Source of the DNA: Camelus ferus
Lineage: Eukaryota
NCBI RefSeq assembly: GCF_009834535.1
Contig: NC_045698.1
Location: forward strand, 1,986,001-2,050,000
Length of the DNA stretch: 64,000 nt
Direction: 5' to 3'
Position 1 is the stretch's first letter. Each line of letters starts with the position of its first letter. The notes under the pieces are model-generated. The model saw only the letters and a program-made list of their open reading frames with translations, was not told the origin of the DNA and ran no database searches. A program made the translations under genes and the position numbers. Below, one piece after another: positions 50,710-62,579 of this stretch.

Positions 50710-51860
50710 TTCTGGGTGTAAACAGTGAATGCACCGATAGTAAGTGTGTGGTTCTGTCAGTTTCGACAGCCGTGCACCCAGGGGACCCACACCCACATCA
50801 AGAGGAGCATTTCGCCACCTAGGGTGGAATTGCTCGCTCGTGAAGTATGTGCTTGCCTCTGTTTTCATAAACGCCAAATGTTTTTCCAAAGTGGAATTTA
50901 TGAGGATCTCTAAAGCACTGGTGATTTCAATCGCCCCACGTCCTCACGTCTGTGAGGTCGTTGGTGCTGCTGAGTCTTCAGTCTGGCTGCTCCACTGGGT
51001 CTGAAGTGCTTTCTCTTCAGGGCTGTAACTTGCATCTTCCCTTGACCAGGGATGCTGAACGCTGCTGCACCTCCTTATCGGTTGTTCATACATCTTCTTC
51101 TTTGAAGGGCAGCTTCAAATAGTTTGCCTGTTTGCGTGAGGTCATGTCTGTTTGTTACTAAGTTGTGGAGTTTGTGTGTAGGTTCTGGATGCAGGTCATC
51201 AGTCAGACAGAGGTGTTTGCTCTGCTCTGTAACTTGTCTTTTGATTTTGTTAATGGTGATTTCATTATCACCCATTTTAAATTTTGATAAAGGCAGTTTG
51301 TCAGTTTCTTTCTTTTATGGTTAATACGTTGCTGTGTCTTATCTAAGAAATCTTTACCAGCCTCACAGTTGTGAAGATTTCCTTCTGTGTCTCCTTCTAA
51401 AAGCTTTACAGATCTAGCCTTAACATCTATGTTCACAATCCATCTCAAATTAAGGCTTGAGTATAGTGGAAGGTAAGGGCTGAGGTTTATTTATTTTTTT
51501 CCATGTGGGTATGCAGTTGTTTCAAAACTATTTGTTGAAAAGACTTTTTTTCTTCATCTATTGAATTCCCTTGAAACCGTCTTAGAAAATCAGTTTTCAC
51601 TGCAGATGTGTGGGGCTGTTTCAGCGCTCTCGGAGTCCATTCATCGGTTAGACCGCCGGTGCTTCTGGGTCACATGGCCCTGGTTGCTGCAGACTCACAG
51701 TCAGCTCTGAAACAGAAGAGTGGCGCTCCCACCCCTCCGTCCCTGCAGCTCAAGCTGCCTTTGGCTGCTCGGCGTTCTCCCCCTTTCTGTGTGTGTTACA
51801 GACTCAGCTTGTCAATTTCTGCAGAAAAGCCTTCTGGGTTTTGCATTCTGTATATAAATT
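50710..51860 (-). mobile_element. Old LINE-1 (L1M) ORF2/3' fragment
   Basis: ORF 51203-51448 (RWIVNIDVKARSVKLLEGDTEGNLHNCEAGKDFLDKT) resembles the L1 ORF2 motif 'KWIKDLNV...KLLEENIG..L...G.GKDFL'. Flanking antisense L1 sequence. Confidence 0.85.
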
Positions 51861-54239
51861 AACCTTCTTATTAAAAATATTATACTACGTTATTCCTGTG
51901 TCTAAACAAACATAAGTGGCACCCGTCACCTCATGTCTGAGCTAGTCCAGCTCGGAATGCAGTGCTGTCCACAACTTGCAGCCACAAGGCGGTTGCTCCT
52001 GAGAGGCTCCCCTACAGCTTATGAAAGCACCTTATTTGATGTGTTTGCACTTTACCTCTGAGTTTCTCTCTCCTCGACTGTCCTTCCTTATCAGAGCCCC
52101 AGACGAAGAGTGTCAGCTTTGTCCTAGGGTGGCATCTGCTCTTGGCGTCTCAGGTCCTCGTCAGCTGGGAGCCATCTGCCCTCCTTGACGGACTCTTCTC
52201 TCAGGCCCCTGGTGCGGCCGCACACCACCATCAGGTGAACGTCCCACAGTTTGCTTCCCTGTGGCCCTGGCTCGCCTCTGCTGTGATGTTTTAAACTACT
52301 AAGGTCCAGATACCAGATTTTAACAAAGCAGTCCTTCCCGAACTTGTAGAAGACACACTGCAGGAGGGACACGTTAAATACGTCCGCAGTAAACTTACCC
52401 AGTGCGTGTGTGATGTAGTAAAACGTTGATCACTTTAAAAATTACATGAGAAAAACACTAATTAGATGGTATCTCACATTTTGGAATAAATAAGATGCTA
52501 GGTATTGTATGTGTGTGCACACACGCCCTCTAGACGTGGAGTGATCACATTAAGGCAGAGTTGATAAAACTGCATTTTCAAAAGTGAGGTTTGCAGAAGC
52601 TAAGCTTTTGATGATATATATATATATTTCGCTTTGGAGATTTATCTTACGGTGCACAACCTTACTTCAGTCAATATATACTGAGGATTACAGACAAGGT
52701 GATGATGGAGAGGTTTCTTATCTTGTATCAATATCATTGGATGTGCGGCTCCAGTCTCCTGAGCATCAGCCACAGAGATGGAACCAGATGCTGTTCAATA
52801 AACAGTTACGGCGTTGGTCTGAGTAACTGCCATTAGCCAGAGAGAGAATGACCTGGGATCGCCGTGGACGCGAGAGCCCTCCTACGAGTGGTCGTCTCCC
52901 ATCACCCACACAAGCCCCGCGAGGATGTGGCCCCTCGGCCCTTTACCTACGCTTCTCCTCTAAGCTGTAGAAATACCACAACAAAGCCTCACTCACTGGA
53001 AACCCACCTCACTGACAAACTCACCCGCAGAGAACGCAGCCTAGAACCAGAAAGCAGATGTGAGTCATTTTCTGCCCAGACTTTCAGAGGCCCCGGCCCT
53101 GAGAGATGAGCCTCCTGCTCGTCACCTGGGGAGTGGCTCCTCTGAGGGACACCCGCTCGTGCCCAAGCTCCGCAAGCCCATGGGACCACTTCCCAAACCC
53201 ACGGCAGGTTGAAAGGCACAGCACAGGACAGGGGTCCCATTGCAGGAGGTGCTGGATCTGGTGTGTGTGGGGGGTGAGCCCACCCCTCACCACCCCTGGA
53301 CTCTCCCCGTGGTCTTCCCCACCCCCTGCTTCGTGGAGCCTGACCCCATCCACACCCCACGGACCCAGAGTCTCCACTCCAACACCGCCTCTCCTTGACA
53401 CACTCACAGACACAACAGTCTCTCGGCCGCCTGTTCTGGATGTTTCACAGCAGCATCGCAGATTCAGAGCCCAAAGCGCGACTCCCAAGCCCCACTCCGT
53501 CCCACACCCGCCCGCAGTGCGCTGTGTTTCTTCCTTCAAGTAAACTGGCTGTTCCAGCCATAACCCTCTCCACCCCACTGCACCCCATTCAGCGCATCAC
53601 GGCCACCCCATGTGAGTGCGGCCCCAAGCTGTCCATCTTCCTGCATCCCCACAGTTCGGGTGTCCATTCCCATTTGCTCTGGCCCCTGCGCCAGACTCCT
53701 GATCACCCCTCCATCGCCCACGTGACTGGCCCCCGAGCCTTCGTCTCCTGCAGCGCGTCTGATCCTGTCACACCCTCCCCGAGTCTCCCTTTGCTCTGAG
53801 CAGAATCCTGACCCTTACAGGCCACCGACACCCTTGACGACCCTTCTTCTGGCCAACTCCACCGCCTAACGCCCCGCCCCTCTGCCCTGCCGTTGCACCT
53901 CCCCAGCCCACCACTAAGGAAGCTGAATTTCATTCTATTCTTCAAGGGTCCAGTTTCCCGCACCTTTGAATCTGCCTGGCAGAGACAGCTTTTCCTCCTC
54001 CCCACACTCCCCACTCTAATGGCCACATCATTGTCATCCCTGATTCCTGGGACGGGTACCGCTTCCTACATGAAGTCTTCATGGATCTGCAGAACATGGC
54101 TTACACACCTCCTGGCTTACAGGCCACATGTTTTCTTGGTCCCCAGGATAAGCCCGCCACTCTCGCCCTTATGATAAAATGTTGTGGCGACGTGCTTAAT
54201 CACTTCCTTCTCCCTTAGTTGCAGGAGAAGGAGGAGTTA

Positions 54240-54390
54240 TAACCAGGCATCCTGCGGAGTAGTTGGCATGTATTATCTCACTGCATCTTCAGGCAATTTT
54301 CTAAAATCGGTACTGCTATCAACCCCACTTTACTGACGGGAACACCGGCATAGGAAAGAGGTGGTGCTTTGCCCAGTTACCTAGCGCAGG
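54240..54390 (-). mobile_element. MIR fragment
   Basis: 'ccaggcatc...catgtattatctca...ggtactgctatcaaccccactttactgacgggaac...ttgcccag' is antisense MIR. Confidence 0.7.
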
Positions 54391-56779
54391 GGGAGCAGGG
54401 GCGGCCCAGGCGCCAGTGGGAGGCCGCCCTGCTCCTGACATTCCCCTGCAGGGGCCTGGCTTCCTCACACCCGCTCGTCACCGTGTGCCCAGGTCTCAGC
54501 ACCACACGTGATCCAGAAGCCACCCTCAGATTTCTTGGAGGTTCGCAAAACGAGCAGACCATGACTACGAAACCTACAGGGACGCTGTTAGAAGGCGCAG
54601 GTGTCCCGTGGAAGGACCAGGCTTAAAGGGCAGGACGGGGAGCAGAGCCTGGTTCTCAGGGAGCAGTGCTGACAAAGCACATCCCTGGGGCTGCTCCCTG
54701 GGGAGGCAGCCCCGCTGCATTTACTGTCCTCACGGGGCCCACCCAGGATGTAAGTCCCTGTGCGGGGAGCACGTGGGTCTTGATTTGTGTGCCGACGCTC
54801 AAGGGCTGAGCGTAGGGAGGTCGGTGTTCCCAGGGCTATGCAGCCCGGGGGGAGGGTGCCCCAGTTTTCTCTACAAGATGGCCCTGCAGCAACACCCCCA
54901 GACTCCCTGGGCAGACCTGCAAACACCCACTCCGTCCTGAGTCAGGCTGGCGTGGCATCGGCGGTTAGGGGCACATGGTTGTGCGGTTTCGCAGTCTGGC
55001 GCTGGGCTGCCCACCAGCTGGCCGGCCTAGGGTGGCCTGGCTGGGACATGGGTGACGCAGCTCTGCTGCCTGTGTCCCCCTCCAGCAGGCCAGCCCCAGC
55101 ACACCCTTCCTTCATGCAGGGAGCAGAGAGGACGCCGAAACACCTCGTGCCTTTCAAACCTCTGTTGACATCCCATCGGCCAAAGCAACTCACTCACTGA
55201 ACTCAGAATCCAGGAGCGGGAAGCAGACTCTGCTTGACAGAGGACTGAGAGGTCACCAGGGGCAGGGCAAAGGGTGGGGTCGTCTGCGCAGGTAACCCGA
55301 CGCAGAGATTCCTCCCCAGGCTGGGATGTTAGGCTATCCCAACGGCCGCACATGCTTCCTCGTGGGCTTCCTCGCAGCGTGGTGACCACAGAGACACGGG
55401 CGCCCACAACACCCGGAACGTGGGTCTTCGTGGTCACGGCCACGTTAACAGCAAAGCCATCTGGCCACTTTGGGGAAATAAGCCTGGAATTAGAATTTAT
55501 TTTTTAAAAGTTCATTTCAAAAGCTGCTATGATGTTTGACTTGGCTAAACAAATTGCTGATAAACGAAGCCCTGCTCACACGTTATCTCAGCACGCAGGT
55601 AAACACAGCGTATGGGTGGCTGGCATTTTAGGGGGTAAGTCTTCACTTGTTGATTTCTAACAAAAGTTGAGAATTTTATTTTAAAAATAAACCCACTGAT
55701 TCACAATGATTAATTTAGAAGAAGGGTTTCCATACTATTCCCTTAAATATACACATAAACAATTATCACTTAAGCACATAGACGTTGCACAAACTGAGCC
55801 AGTTTAAGCGATTTCTGTGAGTATTTTGTTCACTCTGTACATATACACACATATGTACATGTGCAGACTCATGTATAATTTTTTATAGTTGGATAGAAAC
55901 TCTGTCTTGCTCCGGGACTAACAGTCAGACATTCCACGATTGAGGCTTCCTTCCACGAGATGTATTTTAACAAAAGATAGCTCTGGATTTCCAAAAGAAA
56001 ACTAAACAGAGGCGGGAATAACAACGGTTCAATAATTTTAAAGGGAAATTGAAATTCTGGAAGCTCCTGCTGCGAGGACAGGTCTCAGGGCTTCCTCGTA
56101 GGGGCACCAGGTTCCCAGCAGCGTCTGCAGCTGAGCTGCGGGCTTCAAGTGGGAGACGTTCTCATTGGTACCAACACAAAGCCCGCGTCGTCAGAAATCC
56201 GATGGACTCTCAAAACCAAATCAAACCAAACAAAAGCCAAAGCAACATGTCTGATCCCGCCTCACGACTCCGTTTCTGATTCCCAGGACACAAACAGAAG
56301 ACGACAGAAGTCCTGTCCGGCTGGCGCTGACGGCCAGCGTCTTGGAGAGGCCAGGGCTCAGCGGTGGCCTTGGCAAGTGCCCCACGAAGAGAGGAAAAAG
56401 CGGGGCAGCCAGTGTGCGGGCAGCGGGGCGTCCGACGGAAGGAGGGGGTTGGGCTCAACAGCAAAACCAATTCTCAGCAGCTCTCTTCGTGAGGAAAGCG
56501 CATCTCCATTTCTGCGCATTGGAGATGATGATGTCACTTTTTTGTTGGTTATTCTATTCCTAAGAAATAAAGGCAGGACAGTGACAAGCTGATCTGTTTA
56601 ATCAAATACAGGCCCCTCCGGAAGAGGGGGGCCGCGCCTGGGAGGGCGAGGACAAGGAGCAGGAAGGAGTCGAGGAGATTCAGCGTCTAGCTGGCAGAGC
56701 CTGGCATTTCCTTTTCTAAAGCGATGATACAGGGAACGACGGGGTTGAAACGAAGGGAGAGGGTGGACCCAGCCTGCGT

Positions 56780-57110
56780 GGGCTTCCACACTTGTGTCAT
56801 TGGCCGCGCGGATTTGTGAACTCCTGTCCTGAGCAGAGAAGGGCCCACCTTCCTGCCCAGCGCAGCGTGGAGAGATGCGCTCGCCCGAACGCCTCCTCCG
56901 CACTCCGGCTCCCGGGCGCGGTCCCGCCCGGAAGACGGGTGGCCGCCCACCCTCCTTTCTCCTGGCACGGGGTCCTGGGGCCGCCCGCGCCCTGCCCTCT
57001 GCCCCGTGACCAGGGCAGCCAGTGTGCGCACGGGGCGCAGTCGCCTTGCGGCGCACTCGGGGGCGGGGGGGGGGGCAGAGGGGGGCGTGGCTCTTTGTGT
57101 GCCCGGTGCA
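56780..57110. promoter_or_regulatory. CpG-island-like segment with G-runs
   Basis: Dense CpGs, GC boxes and long G tracts at ~57059-57086. No gene start identified. Confidence 0.4.
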
Positions 57111-57111
57111 T

Positions 57112-57118
57112 ACACACA

Positions 57119-57158
<40 letters not shown>

Positions 57159-57161
57159 CAC
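57112..57161 (+). repeat. (CA)n microsatellite with CG interruptions
   Basis: acacacacgcgcacacacacacacacacacacacacacacgcacacacac. Confidence 0.95.
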
Positions 57162-57327
57162 GGTCCTCCCGAGCAGTCAGGAGACACGTCAGGAATGGAA
57201 CTCGGTTTCCCTTCAGGCCGCTGGAGAGAATGCCGTTAATGCCCTGGGGACCACGCTTGTCCACCTGCATTTCTGATTGGTTGTGAAGTGTGGAGCTGAC
57301 AAGTGGATGAACGGGCTGGGTGTGCAG

Positions 57328-57342
57328 CACGCCCCCTGCAGG
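57328..57342 (-). promoter_or_regulatory. Candidate CTCF motif
   Basis: Minus strand CCTGCAGGGGGCGTG is close to the CTCF core CCASYAGRKGGCRS. This is a motif match only. Confidence 0.3.
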
Positions 57343-59219
57343 TGAGCAGACACCAGCCTTCAATCCACCTACCTGTGTTCAAAGATGAATAAACCCACTA
57401 AGAGGTCGACATGTGTGCCCGGCGTGGGCAGGCGATGTCCTCACAAAAACGGGAATGAAGAACCACGCCTAAAAGTTGTTTGCTGCAGACAGCAGAAGAA
57501 CATGCTAGAAAGAGTCCTTTCTCCCCATTTTTCCACTTCCTTAGGGAATGGGCAGAAGTTACAGTCACTTGGTGGGGAGCGGGATGCCAGAGGAGGAGAG
57601 ACGCCAGGTGAACACGTGTCTGTGAAAGAATCTAAATGAAGGAGAAAAATGAAGGAAACCCAGAATTAGCAAGACAATTAAATTTCTATTCAAAGCAAAA
57701 GAGAAGAGCTTCTATGCAGAATATTGAATCAGTAACGAGAAGGATAGACTTAAAATTCTTCCAGGATGTCGAGGACAGCGCTCCAGATACGTGAGGAACA
57801 GTAAATGACCAGGACAGAGGAAGGCTCTCCGCCATGGGGGTGACAGTGACTGCTAGAAATCACACTGAACAAAGCAGAGTAAATTACCATTGTATCAGTG
57901 TTGATAATACCCACGACCAATAAATTATCTAGAAGACCCTCCTGGACTAAAAAAAAATGATTTCTATCTATCTTCAAAATAATTGTGTCTAAGGAAAAAG
58001 TAATATATGTAGTTCTAATCATTTTCTCCTCTTTTTTATTTTCAAATATAGAGAAAAAACCCTATGAATTCCAGAGAAAATTAAAATTAAAGCCCAAACC
58101 AGGCTGGTCTCGGATGTCTCCCCAGTGTCAGGAGGTAAGGGTGTGGTGTATCCAGCACCTTGGGAAGGGAGGTAAAGACAGTCTAAAATTCAACAAAAGT
58201 AAACAAGAAAGGGCATTCTTTCCTCAAAAATTCTGTAACGACTGGAGTTGTCACTCAAATATAAAAGTAATATATATATTCTCAAGTATTTAATGACTTA
58301 GAAAATTCTATGTAATTATTGGAGAAAATTATTTTCCCAAGAAGCTATTCCAGTTGACTATAAAAAGAAACAAAATTTCAGCCTTAAGAACAGAATAGTA
58401 ATAATAATTGTTATATTATATATTTTAATAGTAAATGCTATAATCTTGTAATAAAGAATAAATGGCTAAACATAAGTGACTATGACCACTATGATTTCAC
58501 AGTTAATGCAAATGCCAACAATAATTCTTGAAAAACAATCTCATATCCACAGGTTGAGTATAAAATATGATTAAATTAACAAAGACTAAGAAGTGGAGGA
58601 GGGAGATTATAGAATAAAATTATATTTTAAAAAATTATATTTGTTACATGATTTGAACAAAAAAAGCCCTACATATAAATATATTTAAATTTTATCAATT
58701 AATTTAAAATGTTTTTCTCTATTACAAAACTTAAACTTCCCCCAAATAATTTAGAAGATGTATCATTTCTTTATTTAGATACACATTTCTACATATTGTA
58801 GATTTGTCAAATCACTGAAAGTTTTTGTGGAATGTATCTTAACCTGTGTCAGCAGCACCTGCCCAAGAACTGTACCTGGTTCCCGGCTGCGGGCTCGGAA
58901 GACGGTGATTGAGAAGCTGGGTGTGGGGTCACATGGTCCATAGTCATAGAAAGCATCCTGGGAAGATGCCTCAGTGGCTCTGGATTCATCACCACAGTGC
59001 GTGCACATTTCACAGCAGGCTTGACGACTGGGAGATAAACTATTTGCCAACATCCCCACACTTACGGAAATAATTTGCTTAACGTGGTGAGAGGAGGGGG
59101 TTGGGCATGATCTTCTTATCTTTGTGGACGTTCCACAGCATTTCTCAACGATGGCAAATCTGAAAAGACGTCCTTCCCTCCCATTCCCGCCCCCCGCCTG
59201 AACCAGGGATGGCACCAAC

Positions 59220-59590
59220 TGGCACTTAGAGCACTCGCTATGGACCAGGACCTCGGCCGCTTGGCCTGCCTGCAGCGACGGGGCACATCTTCTACTGTGG
59301 ATGCAGGCAGAGGTCAGATAGAGAGTATAACTGGGTAGTACTTTAGAGGGTGCAGGGGTCCAGGAAGCAAAGCAGGGCTGTTAGGGGAGGGCACATTTCA
59401 GTTGTAAAGTGGAGGCCGGAGGAAGCCCCATGGAGAAGGTGACACTTGAGCAAAGACAGGAAGATGGGGTGTCCTGGGGTGCTGGTGGCTGCTATATTGG
59501 GTCGAAGGGGCTGGTCCAAGGCTCAGAGGTGAGTGTGTCCCTCCTGAGGAAGGAGAGAGAGAGGTGGGGGGAGGGGAACAGCAGAGAGCA
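59220..59590 (-). mobile_element. LINE-2 fragment
   Basis: 'aaagcagggc...ggaagccccatggagaaggtgacacttgagcaaagac...aggctcagaggtgag' is antisense L2. Confidence 0.55.
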
Positions 59591-59604
59591 GGGCTGGGTC
59601 CTTC

Positions 59605-60660
59605 TGTTATCTGTTTTTAAATTAATTTTACTGTGATCAGAGAGCACAACCTGTATGATTTTAACTCCTTTGCACTTACTGACATACGTTTGGCAGCCTG
59701 GTGTATCGTCTTCATGTTCTTGTGAGGAATGTGCATCCAGCAGCTGGCGGGCGGAATATCTCATAAATATCAATTATGTCGAGGTGGTTAACTGGGGCCA
59801 CTGCTGCTTTTCATCTACCTGTTCTGTTAGTTACTGAAAGATGACTTTGGAAATGCACCATCTTAAAGATTTGTCTGTATCTGCCTTCAGTTCTGTCTGT
59901 CAGGGCTTCATGGAAAAAGCTGCTATTTGATGCATACAGTTTATGGTTGTTTTGTCTTCTTGATTAGTTGGCCTTTTATCTCTGTGAACATGTCTCTTTT
60001 ATTCTTGTTGATGCTTACTTACCTAAGTCTATTTTGTTTGCTGTTAATATAGCCAGGCTACTCTCTTGTGCTTAATGTTAACATGATATATATCTTCCAT
60101 ACTTTTTAATTATACATGTCATATTTACAGTAGGTTTCTTGCATAGAATGAATACTTGAGTGCAGCTGATCTTCGAACAGCGGTGGTGATGAAGGGCGGC
60201 AACCCCTCCTGCGGCTGAAAGTCCGAGCACTGCTCTCTCTGCCTCAAAACGAAGAATCTGATGAATGAGACACCCCCAGGGCAGGAAGTCTAAACTGTTT
60301 GGATAGAGTTAGGACTCAAACCCTATTTCTTTTGATTCCACAGATTATGATCTCTAATAAAACACAAATTTTCTCCCATACTTAGTTAATCTAAAGATCT
60401 GCAAAATGTAAGTACTATATTTATTGAAAAAAACCCACATATAAGTGGACCATGCAGTTCAAACTGGTATTGTTCAAAGGTCAACTGTGTTGCTCTTTTA
60501 CGGAATCTGACAATCCCTGTCTTTTAATAAGAGATTAGGTCATTTACATTTAATGCAATTTTCTATACACTGTATTTAAGTCTGCCATCTTGCTGCTTAT
60601 TTTCTTTTTATCCTTACTATTCTTTGTTCTTGTTTTATTCTTCTTCTGATTTCTTACCTA
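59605..60660 (-). mobile_element. Old LINE-1 (ORF2 5'/endonuclease region), interrupted by a Tigger2-family element
   Basis: 'actgtgatcagagagc...aagtctattttgtttgctgttaatatagcca...' resumes after 60490 with 'aatctgacaatccctgtcttttaat...catttacatttaatg'. Confidence 0.75.
60163..60487 (-). mobile_element. Tigger2-family (MER8/Tigger2a-like) non-autonomous DNA transposon
   Basis: Imperfect terminal inverted repeats cagctgatcttcgaaca / tgttcaaaggtcaactg. Subterminal 'tataagtggaccatgcagttcaaac' matches the Tigger2 end as I recall it. Confidence 0.8.
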
Positions 60661-61784
60661 GTTTTCCAACTTTCTTTCCCCATTTTACAAGTAAGGATAT
60701 AACTCTTTCTAATGCTCAATCTTACCATATGGTACATTTCTCTGCAATTTAAAATCTTCTAGAGAAACAAAGGAGCACTTTGAAATACTAATGTTTTTCA
60801 CTATTTTATGCCAAAGATAAAATTAGAAAGACGATGTTGGACGTCCTTGAAGTAGAGAGAGAATCATCATGATGATCAATATTTAATAATCTTTCCCATT
60901 CTGTCCTCATATTATTGTCAAGAACACGATGCTGCTGGGGCCTTCCCATGAAAACACAGGTGATTGGGTCAATAAAAATTGTAGAAGTTAATTAATCACA
61001 GCAAAAAATATATGGCAAGGTTTTCAACCTTCTCTATCTCCATGTCTATTTATATATTATCTATCTAGCTACCTACATTTCTCCCAGCATTTAGTTTATA
61101 CTTAGAATTAATTAAATGAATGCTCTGAAAAATCACTTTTTCTGTGAGTTTTCTCCCATTATTTTCTCCATGCTTGGCAATGCCAATCACCTTAGTTCCA
61201 CATCTTGATATGTGTCTCAGCACCACATTCTCTGTAATTTAAGAAAGAGGAAATGAAAGTTTAATGCAAGATCATATATTGGAGATAAGTTAGCATTTCT
61301 ATTTTATTGAATATTGTCATTTATTTTGCCAAAAGATTATTGGATACTGTAAATTTATCACCTAGACCCCTACAATAGAGAATATTTAAAATGTATAGAA
61401 TTTATATATTTTGCAGAACTATATGGCAGGGTGATTAATTCCAACATATAAATAACTAGTATAAATTTCTTAAGGGTAAGTGGAATAGAAATATAAATTC
61501 AAGAATTGAAAGGAACAATAAAACGTTTCTGAGATTTGGAGAGGCTTTCCAAGTATTTTGTTATGGATTATGGTGGGTATCGTATAGTATTTGAATTTCA
61601 TTAAATCTATTTTTTTTTAAAGTGCAACAATCTAATTTTTAGAAATTTTGTAATACAACAGAAATGACTTTATGGTTATGTAAGCATAGGATAAAAATTA
61701 TAAACATGTACATATAATTTTACAATTGTTTTAATGGGAACACAACAACAACAAAAGTTGGAAAACCATCAGTCTAGACTGTAC

Positions 61785-62235
61785 TGCTAGAAGTAAACTT
61801 GCTAGGTCATAGGTTATGGTCATATTTTACTTTACTCCAGTGTGGTCACATATACTCCAACCAGCACTGATTTAAACTCTTACATCTCTAGCCAAATTGT
61901 GAATAAAATATTATCTGTTATTGTTTTATCTTAAATTTCTCTGGTTAGTGATATTGAACATCTGTTTATGTTTATAAGATTTGTTCATCTGTGAATTCCT
62001 TATATTTATTTGTCATAAATTTCTAAAGCTTTTAATAATTTTTAGAGACACTTATCATTTTTGTTCAGAAAATATATCCTATTAATTATGGCTTATATAT
62101 TAATTATGTTCTTCTTTCATCATGAAAAAGTTACAAATAATAATAGTCATATTAATTAGCCATTTCCTTTATAATTTATAAATATATATATATATATTTC
62201 CCATTTAAGACATTCTTCTCCACCTCAAGATTACC
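61785..62235 (-). mobile_element. Old LINE-1 (L1ME-like) fragment
   Basis: 'ttgctaggtcatagg...atttctctggttagtgatattgaacatctgtttatgttt...tctgtgaattcc' is antisense L1. Confidence 0.6.
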
Positions 62236-62404
62236 ATGTATCTTGATAGACTATTTGCAGACATTTTATTTAGGAATATATATATAATATCAATATTAAA
62301 TATTAATATATTATAATTATTACATAGTATATTTTGTAATAACATATGCAAGAATATATACTACAAGAGTGATTAGCATATGCATTTTCTTTCTTCACCT
62401 TTAT

Positions 62405-62575
62405 AGGTATGAGAACTTGAGCAAATTATTCAAATACTCTTCTTTAGTTGTATCATACATAAAATGGAGATTAGCATATTTATCTCTGGGTTTATAAATG
62501 AATTTATAAAAAAATTGCCTAGATCAATGTGAGATGTATAAAAAAGCTATTAAGTTAGATATTATTTTACTATTA
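62405..62575 (+). mobile_element. MIR fragment (AT-drifted)
   Basis: 'gagaacttgagcaaattatt...taaaatggagatta'. Confidence 0.5.
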
Positions 62576-62579
62576 TTAT

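Noticed and set aside
56500..56528. Short hairpins (catctcca/tggagatg; also tgtacatat/atatgtaca near 55836)
   Set aside because: Stems of 8-9 bp are expected by chance in 64 kb.
57640..58450. Possible old L1 ORF1/HAL1 remnant on the + strand
   Set aside because: A-rich and suggestive, but too diverged to assign without a profile search.
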